A DNA stretch of 64,000 nucleotides from positions 1-64,000 of the forward strand of contig QPGO01000116.1 of NCBI GenBank assembly GCA_008632985.1, written 5' to 3'. This document shows, one piece after another, positions 23,521-36,112 of this stretch; within the stretch, counting starts at the first letter, position 1, and the number at the start of each line of letters is the position of its first letter. The notes beneath the pieces are model-generated. The model had not been told where the DNA came from. It did not search any database and was given only the letters and a program-made list of their open reading frames with translations. Source of the DNA: Psammoneis japonica. Lineage: Eukaryota. The translations under genes were made by a program, and so were the position numbers.

Positions 23521-25029
23521 CTCTTGCGGAGGCATTTTAGCAACTTTTTGTGCTGAAGAGCCTTGGACACATCGAACTTCTTTTTCTGGAGTGAGCAGCA
23601 AACTGCAAAATCCTCCAGTGGTGTCAGAACTGTCGCACAGTGTGGCCAGCAGAAGAGAAGCTTCCTCTGCCAGCGCAAAGCTGCAACCAAGCAGAAGGGA
23701 TGATGCTTCCTCCTCAGCATCATCAGCGGGTTTTGCTGGCGGATTTTTGGCACCCGCTGTGTTGAAGTCTGAGTTTGCAAAAGGCAAGTGAACTGAAAAT
23801 CAACATGGTGTTGTCAATGTGTCTGAGGCTCACTGCTTGTTGTCTCACTCAACTTTCTTGCCGCAGGCCTGTTCCAGCCCCAGGTGATGAGAAATCCATC
23901 ACGCAAGAGGCCGATTGTCTGTGCAGTTCAGTGCAATGAACTCCTTCAATTTTGATCTTTTTGAAAATCCAAAGGTGAGCGTGTGCCAGAAAACACATGC
24001 AAAGTGCACAATCGCCCTTTGATTTGGCAAAAACCCGATTTTGAAGGAGTTTGATGCACCAAATGCAAAAACGGGCCAGCAATTGGAGTCGAACCTGTGT
24101 GCATCACCTGGAGATGGAACAGGCCCGACTCAGCCAATTCTCATTGTCTTTCCCAGCATGAGCACATCAACAAATCCAACGTCGTCGTCACATCATCTGA
24201 CCCATTTGAGCAATGGCGTTGACCAGATGATTTTTTTAAAGACTTTGACAAAGGAGCTGCAATGCATTCAGCCAAGCATTCTTGAGTGAGAGAGAGTCAG
24301 GCAGATGTGAGCAAAAATGCACAATGATGCTGGCACGCGGCTCGAGAAAGAAGCAGCCAAACAATGTTGACAAAAATTGAAAATGTTCTGATGCTGTCAT
24401 TCTGTGAAATGACAAATGACAGTGAACAGAGCTTCTCCCTGGCTTGTGTGCACTCTAGATTGATCGCAAAAACACAAATGTCAAATCTGAAAATTGAAAA
24501 CTGTGGCTTGTGAATGAGCACTCATGGATTGTTTCATCCACCGATGGCATGAAAGAGGTCAAACACAGTTGTCACGTGGTCAAAGCCAAATTAGAAAGCA
24601 GAGCATGGTGACAAAATTGGTTTGATGATGCCATCATCTGATCTCAGTGTCAAGAGCGGGTTAAGTTCACCTCGTTGCACTGCGAGTCACGTGTCTTGAA
24701 TCCCGTGTGACCCGCTCAACTCGATTTTTTTGGAAGTTTTAGCACTCTAGACTTTGACCCCAGCCAGAGCCACAAAAGCACAAGACATGAGCATTGTTGG
24801 TCTCATGTTCTTCAAACGAATGTCTTGTGACAATGAAGTGGGTGTGCATTGTTTGTGGCATCTGGTGGTTCAAAACAGAGCTGACTTTTCGTGGAGCACC
24901 TTTGTCACATGGGCAAGTGCGAGAGTCAATGTTCAGTGATTGGTTGGCCCCAGCAACTGGCGTTCACCCCCATTCCAGCAGGCCCCCAAAAGTGTGTTGA
25001 ACTTTGCGTCTGTGTGCTTTCAGTCGATC

Positions 25030-25465
25030 AAGGTGGGTTTCCTTGAGTTTCATTTTGTCGAAGGCTCCCGCAACCCAGCTGACATCCTCAGCAAGCGTTG
25101 GGGCTGCTCCCAAGTCTGGAGCCTCCTTCATCCTCTAATGTTTTGGAACTTTGATCCCAAGGCTTTCAACCAATCTGACCTTGAATCTGTTGCAGTTGAC
25201 CCCTCAAGCAAACTGGGGAGTGACAGGATTTGAACAAAATTTTAGTTTGTCACACACAATTGTGTGTGCTCTCAGTTCCACGTGTGTCATGCGACACAGT
25301 TTGCTTTCAAGCCACACTGCTCACAAGAACAATGACAGCAGCACCAATGTTGTGACACCAGTCTTTTGGCTCCTGCAATGGTCTCTGCACAGAAACCCAT
25401 CTGCCATTTAGACAGCAGCAAGGAGTTGTTGTTTTCTTCCACCCAGTCATCTTCATTTTCTGTCA
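25030..25465 (+). mobile_element. Remnant of a family-A-related copia: RNase H C-terminus, PPT and diverged LTR (25221-25465)
   Basis: FLEFHFVEGSRNPADILSKRWG, then AACTGGGGAG, then TGACAG...CTGTCA (245 bp). Confidence 0.88.
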
Positions 25466-26469
25466 TCTGGTGACAGAAAGTTCCTCCAGCTGGTGATCTG
25501 GATGAGGAGGGCAATCCACTCAGACATGGGAGCACATGGCAGGATCATCCAGGGAAGTTTTTTGGCAAACTCGCGCCAGTTGTGTGCCAAATTTTCTGCA
25601 AGGCAAAAGTCAGCAGCAAAGTGGTGCAGAACATGCTCAACACTTGCAGCATTGTTGGTTGCACAAAGGTGCAGCACATGAGCAAGAACTTCATCAGAGG
25701 CAGCTCAACACTTGGATGGGTCACAAATCATTGATGGAGCACATCAGCACATCCAGCCAGGACATGCCATTGGGGTCTTGTGGCAGAGAGTCAAGAGCCA
25801 GGCCCTTCACAACATTGCCAGGGCAAGAGCCACAGCTGGCTGATTTTGCAGAAGAAGAAGAAGAAGAAGGTTTCACCAGCTCACTGATTCCCAACAAGGC
25901 AGGAATGTTGGAGGTGAGGGTGCGGCGTGCCTCCCTGGACAACAAAACATCACAAGATTCTGCCACGGGAGGTGCCAGGTGTTCGAAGGAGAGAGGGTCT
26001 TAGCCTTCTTGGTGGGGATGGTGCCATCTTCATGCTTCCTTCTGATTTTGCACTTGGCTCTTGACCGGTGCTTTTGTTCACACAATCATCTTCCAAGCAG
26101 TCAACCCGGGATGTGTGCCAGGCTGCTCCTTTTGACAATGCTTCCCAAACTCTTGCTCTCCAACAAGGAATTGATTTTTGCTTTGTGCACATCCCAGCAA
26201 GCAATGGAGTCACCATCCTTTGTCACCAGGTCCTTCATGTTGTTGAGTTTGTCTCTGAGACAGGCCTTTGCACAACATCCTCTTTGGACCTGACTTGTCA
26301 CTTGACTTGCATGTGACAAGAAAGCTGTTGACAAATGTGCTCCACTCCTTCTGCTGGGCAATGACCTTTTGAAAAATCTTCAAGAACCAACATCTTGTGT
26401 GTCACTCTGCTGGCACATCAGATGCACTGCATGACCATTTTGGTGACAAAGCAGGCACCATGAAGGTTG

Positions 26470-26745
26470 TGTCAGAAAATGAAGGCAAATGGCAAGAATT
26501 CAAACAACAACTCCTTGCTGCTGTCTAAATGGCAGATGAGTCTCCGCTCAGAGACCGTCACAGGAGCCGAAAGACGTGCAAGTCGGTACAATCGGGCTAC
26601 TGTCATCATTCTTGTGAGCCTTGTGGCTCGAAAGCAAACTACATCGCGCGTGAACGCGCGGAACTGAAGCACACAAAACTGTGCACGGTAAACTAAACAG
26701 CGTGCGACACTTCGCGTGCACCCAAATCCTGTTCAAATCCTGTCA
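26470..26745 (-). repeat. 3' LTR, family A
   Basis: Reverse complement of the 276-bp LTR. The PPT complement CTCCCCAGTT follows at 26746. Confidence 0.95.
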
Positions 26746-29700
26746 CTCCCCAGTTTGCTTGAGGAGCCACAGAAACAGATTCGACTTCGGATGGAATGAA
26801 GTTCCAGAACATGAGGGGGCGGAGAAGGTCCCAGATTTGGGAGTGACCCCAATGCTTGCTGAGAATGTCAGCAGGGTTGCGGGAACCTTCGATGAAGTGG
26901 AACTCAAGGCAACCAGAGGCAATTGCCTCACGCACACGGTGGAATGACAGTGCGGTGTGTCGCTTGTGTAACTTGGAGTGCGGGATGGTGGCACTGTCTA
27001 CAACTGACTTGTTGTCACCGAACATGTAACTAACGTTACGGATCGGGACGCCAAGGCAGCGCAGGGTGATGCGCAGGTCGACAATCTGCTCAACACAAGT
27101 CCTTGCGGCAACAAATTCAGACCCGCAGGTCGCAGTCTCCACGGTGGCTTGTTTCTTAGAGAACCAATCAGCCGGGAATTTGTTGAGGAAGTGGAGCATT
27201 CCCATGACAGAGCATCCGGTGAGCATGCAATGGCACAAGTTTGCATCGACGCAGTGGGTGGTGGTGACGAACTTGCCAAGGGGCGGTGGAGCGTCCTTCG
27301 GGATCATCTCTTCTGCTTCACCACACACGGAATGCATCCATTCATGGGCCGGAGCAGGGAGATCCGAACAGTCGGGCTCTTCCGTGCGAACGTGGAGAGC
27401 ACCATGTCGCATCTTGGAGAGGTGCCCACAGACGCATTTGGCACGATCCAAGTGGCCTTGACGGGGCGCAGCTCGGAAGCTAGAGAGTGACATGACGGCC
27501 GTGGCAATGTCAATTCGACCAAGGGACACTGCCCATTGGAGTGAACCAACAAGAGACTGGAACTTGTGAATGCCATCGGGTCCCAGCAGTTCGGAAGTGT
27601 CCAGTTCGGGGTGGTCACCCTTCTCTAGAGGTGACAGGGCGTTGGTGGCAGGTTTCTCCCCAAACAGTCGGGCACAGCTGTCGACCATGCGCTCGATGTA
27701 CTTGCGCGGAGACAGGCACAAGGTTCCGTCGGGTTCCCGGGAAAAGTCGCAACCCAGATGGAACTCAATGGGTCCCGCACCCTTGAGCTTGAACTTGTGC
27801 TTTTCCGTGAGAGTGTCGACGAAAGATTGAGGGTCCTTCATGGCAATGGCGAGGTCATCCACATAAACGGCAATGCATTCACAGTGGTCGCCGTTCCTGC
27901 GCATCCAAATGTCGGGTTCGGCGCGGCAGGGGAAGAAGCCTTCAGCTCGCAGGCAGTCGGCGAAGCGTTCGTGCCAGCGGAGACCGGAGCTGCGCAGTCC
28001 ATACAGTGCCTTGTGGATGACAAGGATGTGTCCTTCGAGTTTGCCAAATTCGGGTCCAGCTACAATGTAAAGCTTCTCCTTGGTGGTGGCTCAAGGCAGG
28101 CATTGCCAATGTCGGTGGCCCATGTCTCCAGCTCGTTGAGTTCGGCCAGGAAAATCATCAGCCGAAGGCCACGAAGGGAGACTGCTCCGGAGTAGACACT
28201 GTCGATGGGTACGTCCGTGAGGTGCCCGTTGGCTACGAGTCGTGCCTTGTGGCAACCGTCGTGTTTCACGTCGTACACCAGGTGCACTCGGATCTTCTTG
28301 TGTCCCGCAGGAGGAGTGGAAGACTTGAAGGGCCCGCAGTCATGGAAGACTTCGCATTCGTCGAGTTGGTCCATCTCGAGATTGGTTGCGTCTCCCCACT
28401 TGCGGTTGCCGTTGCGTTCGTCTAGTGACATGGCGTGTTTGCAGTTCCGGGGAACTTCGTATCCACACTTGCAGCGAGGTGCAGTGCGGAAGGAGCGAAG
28501 CTTGGCTTGGTTGGCCATGCGAAATAGCTTCTTTTGGCGCCTCGCGATGGTGCGGAACCGCTTCCAGCCATCCATGTCGAGGAGTCCGTTCTCTCGTGCA
28601 TAGATGGCACAGGTGACGGGGTCGTCCTTGGCGATGATGGCAAGAGGCTCGGACGTGATCTCCCCACTTTCCCATTCAAGCATGATGTTGTAGCTGGAGC
28701 CTTTCCAGGTTGGGTCGTGAGGCTTCAGAGGTCCTTCGTGCGACACGATGCGTCGAAATTTCCAAACAGTGGTGTCTTCGTCTTCTTGCTCAATGTGATT
28801 CATGATGTCATTGCAGGCAAGGACTTCCTCGTATTCGTCATTGTTGACAGAGCAGACGAACTTAGTGAGCTCGGGATTGCCGTTCACTNNNNNNNNNNNN
28901 NNNNNNNNNNNNNNNNNNNNNNNNNNNNNNNNNNNNNNNNNNNNNNNNNNNNNNNNNNNNNNNNNNNNNNNNNNNNNNNNNNNNNNNNNNNNNNNNNNNN
29001 NNNNNNNNNNNNNNNNNNNNNNNNNNNNNNNNNNNNNNNNNNNNNNNNNNNNNNNNNNNNNNNNNNNNNNNNNNNNNNNNNNNNNNNNNNNNNNNNNNNN
29101 NNNNNNNNNNNNNNNNNNNNNNNNNNNNNNNNNNNNNNNNNNNNNNNNNNNNNNNNNNNNNNNNNNNNNNNNNNNNNNNNNNNNNNNNNNNNNNNNNNNN
29201 NNNNNNNNNNNNNNNNNNNNNNNNNNNNNNNNNNNNNNNNNNNNNNNNNNNNNNNNNNNNNNNNNNNNNNNNNNNNNNNNNNNNNNNNNNNNNNNNNNNN
29301 NNNNNNNNNNNNNNNNNNNNNNNNNNNNNNNNNNNNNNNNNNNNNNNNNNNNNNNNNNNNNNNNNNNNNNNNNNNNNNNNNNNNNNNNNNNNNNNNNNNN
29401 NNNNNNNNNNNNNNNNNNNNNNNNNNNNNNNNNNNNNNNNNNNNNNNNNNNNNNNNNNGACAGTGTTCGCCATGCGCTTCACGGTCTGGTGTCGACGTTC
29501 GGCAAAGTTTTGGTGTTGCTGGTGAGGCTCACTTTGCCAGCTAGAGATGAAGAGGGCGCGCAGGATCCCGAGCACTTTGTTGCTGATCTCAACTTGAGCA
29601 CGGTCGCTAATGAGTTTGGATGGGGCACCACGTTCACGGATCTGATCCTCGAGTGTGTTGACAAACTCTTTGTCCGTCTTAGTGCCGCAGACGTCAGTGA

Positions 29701-32169
29701 CGGTAGACTCGGTGCCAACAAACAGTTGGGCGCTGGTGCAACCAGAGTCGATGGCCGGGGTGTCGGCACAAACGGTGTCAGTGGCGAGAGGCTCGTTGCG
29801 GAGGTGGAACGTCATCGCCCTTGGGGTCAATCGCACGCAGATGACACTCGTAGAACACGTCGTCGTTCGGAATGAGGTGATCATCGAGGGCGGACGCGTG
29901 ATCGGCAGACAAGGAAGCGGACAAGATGGTCTCGTTGACAACGACACGGTGACGGTAGTTGCCGCATTCGTCAAATGGGTTGGCAGTGGGATCGTCCTGC
30001 AGGTCAGAGATCGCGTCGCACCACTGGTCGTCGTCAGTGACAGAGTGATCGAGGACGGAAGGGTCCCATGTGTCATCACCGGCAAGGATGACATGGGGCA
30101 GGGTGTCCCATTCGGCATCAGTGCAAGGTCGCATGGCAACACAAGGCAGGCCAGCCTTGATGTCAATGGGGATGACATGGCCATCAGGAGTGGCAATGCG
30201 TTGCAAGCCGTTGGGCACCTTGACAGAGCGATCGTTGACATCCTGTTTGTGCCATTCGAGCTGGCCGCAGGAATGGATGGTCTTGCCCTTTCCCGTGCAT
30301 GCGCACTGATGGAGGATGGCGATGACGGGACCACGCTGGGTCTCAATGACGGCACCAGCGGTGACAATGGGGATGTCCACCAATTGATGATCGTCAATGC
30401 CCTGAACGTCGACTTGGCGAGAGGTGCGTGCAATGACGCGAACGTCGTCGCCAGCAATGCCGCCGTTGGCCCCACGATCGACTAGAGCGCCAGTGCGTGT
30501 GGAGCGATGAGCAGAGGCAGAGTAAATGACATTGTGGTTGTGACGCGGCGGCAAGTGCGGCCGTTAAGTTCTGTGTCATCTGCAGAAGCTGGCGGGGTAG
30601 AGGAAGCGGCGGATGGCCCGGTCGACTGGCATTGGGGGCTTGGTTAGGAGAAACAGACGTTGCAGATCACCGGGTGGCAGTGGCTTGCGCTTGGTGAGGT
30701 GCGCCAGGATGGGATCATCCAAAGTGGCGTCCACATGTGTGGCGGGGTCACCACAGTCAGCAGGAGTCGTGTTGGACAAGTTGACATCACCGTCACTCCC
30801 AAGGTGTTGGTCGTGAAGGTTGGCCGTAACAGACTCATGGCAGTTGCTGGCTCGCGGGTTGCGGGGAGGGGACGAGAATGCTCAAGGATGATCGCCTTGG
30901 AGGAATCGGGCAACGAATCCCAGAGCCGTTGGTGGTCGGGAGGGAGACGTCTCCATTGGACACCGGTGAGGCTGGGACCGCGGGTGCAGGCAGCATTGGC
31001 TTGAAGGACGTCAACGTCGCTGTCAATGTCGTAGAACACATCGTCGGACGGTTCCTCGGAGCAGATGTCGTGTGCGTGCATGGCGCGTCGGGGAGCTCTG
31101 GGTGTCGTCTTGGGTTGAAACGTGCTGTCGTACTGAGCTGCCGCGGAGAGGAGCAAGCCACAGCATTGATCGTATGTGAGGCTCTTGCCACTCTGCGCAC
31201 GATGCTGATCAGCTTGGTTCTTGACAGCACGGAGTTCCTCGACAGGGTGCACGGCATTCTCGAGCATGACGCACTTCTGTCCTTCAGAGAAGTGGTCACT
31301 GGCAGGGATGAGTGCCTCGCACTTGCACAACTGATCTTGCCAATGAAGGATGAACCCGTGGGTCGGACCTTTCCAAGTGCCATCACCAAGACGTGCGGTG
31401 GTGAGGTGCGTGAGCAGGGTGGAGGACTCGATGGATGCACGGGTGGAGGCAAGCGTGCACTCAGACAAGGAGCGGCAGACGGTCTGTGCGTCAGAAGACC
31501 CCACATTTTCGCGAATGAGAGCCTTGCCCTTGTCGGTGAGAAGGATGCGTTCGAAGACGGCGAACATGTGCTTTTGCTGTTCAGCAAAGAGCAGTTTGTC
31601 TTCGGGCTGGTCGGTTTGTACGACGAGTCTAGAATGCACTCGACGTCTTGGGCACGGGCTTGTGCCACAAGTGAGGTGTGCCAAGTGTGCCACTGCTTGT
31701 CGGATTTGAGAGCCGTGAAAGCGGTGGGATCACGCTTGATGCCTCGCTTGAAGTCTCGCACCGGGTCGCGTGCCTTGGTCGGGTTGGTGACGTGTGGAGG
31801 TGCAAGGGGTGAGCTGCCGATGGACACAGAAGACATGCAGTCGGGGCTGAGGCGGCAGGCAAGGAACTCGTCATGCGCGAACAAAGAGGAGTCGTTGGCA
31901 ACGTCAAGACCTTTGTGTGCTTTGACAATGCACAGACTGACCAGTGCTGCTAACATGTTCTTATAACCACGGGGCAAAGGGATTGCATCAGTGCCATTGT
32001 CGCACTCAAGCGAGTCGATTTGGGACGGCATGAACGTGAACAGTTCCTGATGCGAGTCCGTGCCGTCTTGGGCCAAAGCCAAACGAAGAGGACTTCCAGC
32101 ACCTTGGGCAAGCACGGTTCCAACAACGTGCTCGAAACCATCGGTTTGTTGCTGACGAGTGAGAACCAT
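26693..32169 (-). pseudogene. Frameshifted copia gag-pol
   Basis: Gag from MVLTR (ATG 32169) with DFKRGIKRD, protease LVDRGANGG, integrase SEPHQQHQNFAERR, RT AVYVDD and RNase H. Split over several frames. Confidence 0.9.
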
Positions 32170-33100
32170 GGCAGACAAAAGTGGTGTCAGGACAATCAGT
32201 TCTGGTTGGGAAGCGAAGGCAGACTCGAAACTTGGGTGAGAACAGACTTGACTTGAGGTGGACTTGACTTGAAATCTTGAACTGTCTTAAAATCAGAAGT
32301 CGCCGGGCTTTGTTGTCCCGTTCGTTGTCAAGTGCTAAACTTCCTGTCCGGTCCGTAGAGTTGTGCCGGCACGTCCGAACCCGCAGCTGGTGGCGCTTTG
32401 GGTTGCTTACGAGCGGAGCAGCGGGTTGTAAACCCCTGCAGGCAAGCTGACTGGAGGTGGACAAGACCCCCGAACCGTTCTTGTTTTATGTCGGTTGGAT
32501 TTCCCGATCAGGCTGGCCAGTTGACGCAGGCGTTGGGCGCTGTGGACGAACGAACAAACGCGGGAAAGCACCCTCGCCCCAACGCAGGCTGCAATCACGG
32601 CTGCTTGCTCTCACAGTCGTCCTCGTGGACCCAGCAGAACTGTGGAGCACCAGCAGTCCGGGGCAGATCAGGTGCAATGGACTCGGTGTGCTTGTAGAGT
32701 GGTGGCAAAACCGCAGTCCGAAGAGTGGATAAAGGTTCTTGGCCGTGAAGACATGTGTGTGTGCACACACATGTGTCTTCAGCGACTAAGATCCTTGAAT
32801 GTGCAGGGTTCCTGACCGTCAACCGAGGAACAGGTGTGTCAAGGGATGTTGATCAAGGACAGACTTGGATGTGACCGTTGAACATAAGTCTACAGCGATC
32901 AAAGGTAGCACAATCAATCCAGATGTCCAGCGGCAAGGAGACTTGACGGTGACGTTAACTTCCTGCCGATGCCCTGGTATTGAATGCGCGTAGACTTGCC
33001 GATGTATGTAGAATATATACGGAGGTCCACGTAGAATTGAAATGGCGTCGTTGGTAAATCAACGACGACGATGGCGGTTGCTCAATGGGTTGACGATGAG

Positions 33101-33114
33101 CAAGACTGTTAATC
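33101..33114 (-). promoter_or_regulatory. Putative primer-binding site complementary to a tRNA-Asn(GUU) anticodon arm
   Basis: Directly after the 5' LTR the element reads GATTAACAGTCTTG, the complement of CAAGA-CTGTTAA-TC, which is a 7-nt anticodon loop with GTT. Confidence 0.6.
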
Positions 33115-33389
33115 TGACAGAAACTGAAGGCAAATGGCAAGAATTCAAACAATGACTCCTTGCTGCTGTCTAAACAGCAGATGAGTCTCCGCTCAGAGAC
33201 CGTTGCAGGAGCCGAAAGACGTGTAAGTCGGTATAATCGGGCTACTGTTATTGTTCTTGTGAGCCTTGTGGCTCGAAAGCAAACTACATCGCGCGTGAAC
33301 GCGCGGACTAAAGCACACAAAACTGTGCGCGGTAAACTAAACAGCGCGCGACACTTCGCGCGCATCCAAATCCTGTTCAAATCCTGTCA
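33115..33389 (-). repeat. 5' LTR, family A
   Basis: Reverse complement of the LTR (275 bp). Retains more TpA than the other copies. Confidence 0.95.
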
Positions 33390-35900
33390 TTTGTCATTGT
33401 CATGATGCACTCAGCTCTTGATTCCATTCTGGCTGAGGTGTCTGACTCAGCCAAGTGCAGTCAGGAGATGATGAGAAATCAACAACAGCATTTTTCATGG
33501 AATCTAGAACAATTGTGCATGCATGAGAAGAATTTTCAAGCTTGCGACAGGCAGCTCCTTGATGTTTTGCCATTCAGGAATTGTGCTGTGCTTTCAGGGA
33601 AGAGTGCAGGTGTGGCATGCACAGAGACCTTTTTTTGTTGTGTTTTTTTGTTGACACCACAAAGTGCAAAGAGGAGAGTGCACACAGAGACTGCCCACCC
33701 CAAGTCACCAAGAATGTCATGCTGTCCAATGATGTGCAAACACAAAAACAACTGGACAAAATGTCTTGCAAGCAGAGAGATGCAATGCATGGCATCTAAT
33801 GCCCCCATCATGCACTTCACAGATGCAGCCCAGCAGAGCTGGTGAGAACTTGTTGCACATGTGCTGTGGTGAGGATGTGAGCACTCAGTCATGGAATGAC
33901 CATTTTCTGCAGTGTCAGGACAGTGCATTGTGAAATCAATTTCCCCTGTCTTGAAATTCAAATTTGAAAAATGGCGTGCTGACCCAAGGTGACAGACAAG
34001 CTGTTTGGTGCAGAAAGTCCAGGAGTGACACCCAGCTTGTGCACCCCATTGGACAAACCTTGGTGGAGGACCAAAAAGAGTTCAGCATGCACCCAGCAAC
34101 TTCAACTTGGATGCACCCAGAATGCGTCATTTGCAAGATGTGCAGTGAGACTTGTCATCTTAACAAGGATTCTTGCCTCTGGATGGTGGAATGTTGGACA
34201 ACAAACTTGGCACCAAGGGCTTTGGTGCTGGCCAGCACTCTCCACCATCGCAATGGCACAACATTCCAAGTGGCTCTGTTGGGAAGTGCTTCATCACAAC
34301 ATTGGCAGAGTTGCTGCACACGGGCTCAAGACATGAAAGCAGAGCTTGGAGCAGGTTCACAGTGTGCCAATCAGTGATTTTGCAGCAGGGTTGCAATGCA
34401 GAAGGAGGCAAGGACATCAGGACCTGGGACATGGACAAACACAAAATTCTGGCCCAGTCAATGATCAGCTGCTTGAGTGCAATCTAAAGTCTGCTCAGAG
34501 GGAGGAGATGTGCCAGAGCAGTGTGTCACAAAACATTCAATGGAGTGGCATCATGAGAAAAGCCAAAGGGAGCATCATCACAGGCACATTTCTGAGGAGT
34601 GGGAAAAAGGTGGAATGCTTGCCTGGATGATGCTGATGAGAAGACCAAAAAGATGCCATGTTTGAGAACTTGGAGTCAAACACCTGGGCCAGAGAGTTCT
34701 GGGAGAAGATCATTTTCACACATTCAGCAAGCCACCTGGGATCCAAGCTGTCATCATTGCTTGCTGATGGCGCCATCAAGACTTTCACATGAAGACTGTC
34801 TGCAAGAGCACAAGTCTTGGCAGATCTGATGCCAGTGCAGCATCAGATGGCTTCTCCATTGCAAAAAGGCCAGCAGGTTGCTTGGAGAAGTGTGGAGCAT
34901 GTTCACAAATTGGCTGGCAAATGAGTCACTCTCTGTGGGATGCCTGCCATGCACACTCATGGCAAAAAGAAGCAGCTGATTGCACCAGACAAACATGCCT
35001 CTGGATGCCCATCTGGCTGGCACAGGAGAGGTGCAGCAGAGAGCCACAGCCAAAGCAATTCTTTCAGCAGTTGCCAGAGCAAAAGCCAAGGTGAGAGTGA
35101 TCCACTGTCTGTTCAGTGGAACGACCCTCTCCACTGACACCCCAACACACCAGGAAAATCAAAAGCATGGCAAAAACAGGATTGAAGATCTTCCAGTGCA
35201 GAAGAGAAGTGGTGAGAGTCATGACTGCCAGACAAACAGAGAGACAGCAAAATGGAAACAAAAAATCCCTTGCGGCACCCTGTGCTGAACAATGGCTGAC
35301 TCACAAAACCAGTCAAATCAATCATCAACAACACCAACAGACTGGGAGGTTGCTCAGAGTGTGAGCAGGACAGCAAGCTGGGAGGTCTGCGGGGTGACAC
35401 TAGAGTGTGCTGTGAGAAGGCCTTCCTGACCTTGCCCAATCCAAGAAGAAATCAGGTGGGCGACAGGAAGAGCCAAGCTGGCATCTGACAACAACTCCAA
35501 GCTGTGCAGCCGCCCCCACACAACAATGGGGAGCTTGCAACATTGGCAGGGTTCTTGGCAGACTTGGACTTCTCCCACCAGCTCACAAGCTGAATGATCA
35601 TTTTCCACATGCACTCACCCCTTGACATGCTGGTGACTCCACAGCAGTGGGAAAATCTGGGTCCTCAGAGATTTTTTCTTGACTCTCATCTGAGCTGAAG
35701 GCCCCGCCCAAGCATGCATGATGGACACTCCTGTTCTGCCAACAACTCTGAGAATGCCCTGGCAGGCCAGTCCCAGAATGCAACCTGCTGGAAAATGCCA
35801 GGACCTGCTTTGGAGACCACAGTTCATTGGCGAGATGGAAGCACGCAACAGATGGTTGGCAGAGAAAGCTGAGTTGTGGACCTCTGTCATGTCATCCAAG
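33390..35900. other. Unidentified degenerate repeat-derived sequence, depleted of both TpA and CpG
   Basis: Same composition as the identifiable relics, with no credible ORF. An abrupt switch to normal composition occurs at ~35905. Confidence 0.55.
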
Positions 35901-36112
35901 GCAATTCGTACCGTATCGCATCAAGGTGGCACACAGCAAATGAGCGCGACATAATGCGCATCCCTCCCAACGCAATTCTCACAAAAACCACCGCACCACA
36001 AAAACAAAAATGACGATGGTGAGTTCCTGAACAGCTCCGACCACGATTTCCATGCCAGTGCTAGAGGATTGGCACCCTGTGATCGTCTTTGTTTGATAGG
36101 ATTCTTCACAAG

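Larger units (their letters stand above)
26470..33389 (-). mobile_element. Near full-length Ty1/copia, family A, two LTRs, assembly gap inside
   Basis: 5' LTR 33115-33389 and 3' LTR 26470-26745 enclose gag-pol. Closely similar to the 1-4619 copy. N gap at 28889-29458. Flanks GGTTG and TTTGT do not form a clean TSD. Confidence 0.93.

Noticed and set aside
22332..23540. 402-aa ORF and many other overlapping Cys/His-rich ORFs in 6.6-10.6, 20.9-26.4 and 33.4-35.9 kb
   Set aside because: TpA loss removes most TAA/TAG stops and opens spurious frames. The translations have no recognisable domains and almost no Tyr.
28534..30475. Long ORFs spanning 28.5-30.5 kb
   Set aside because: Artefacts of translating through the N gap at 28889-29458.
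26465..33394. Target-site duplication for the minus-strand copia
   Set aside because: Flanks GGTTG and TTTGT do not match at the aligned LTR ends.
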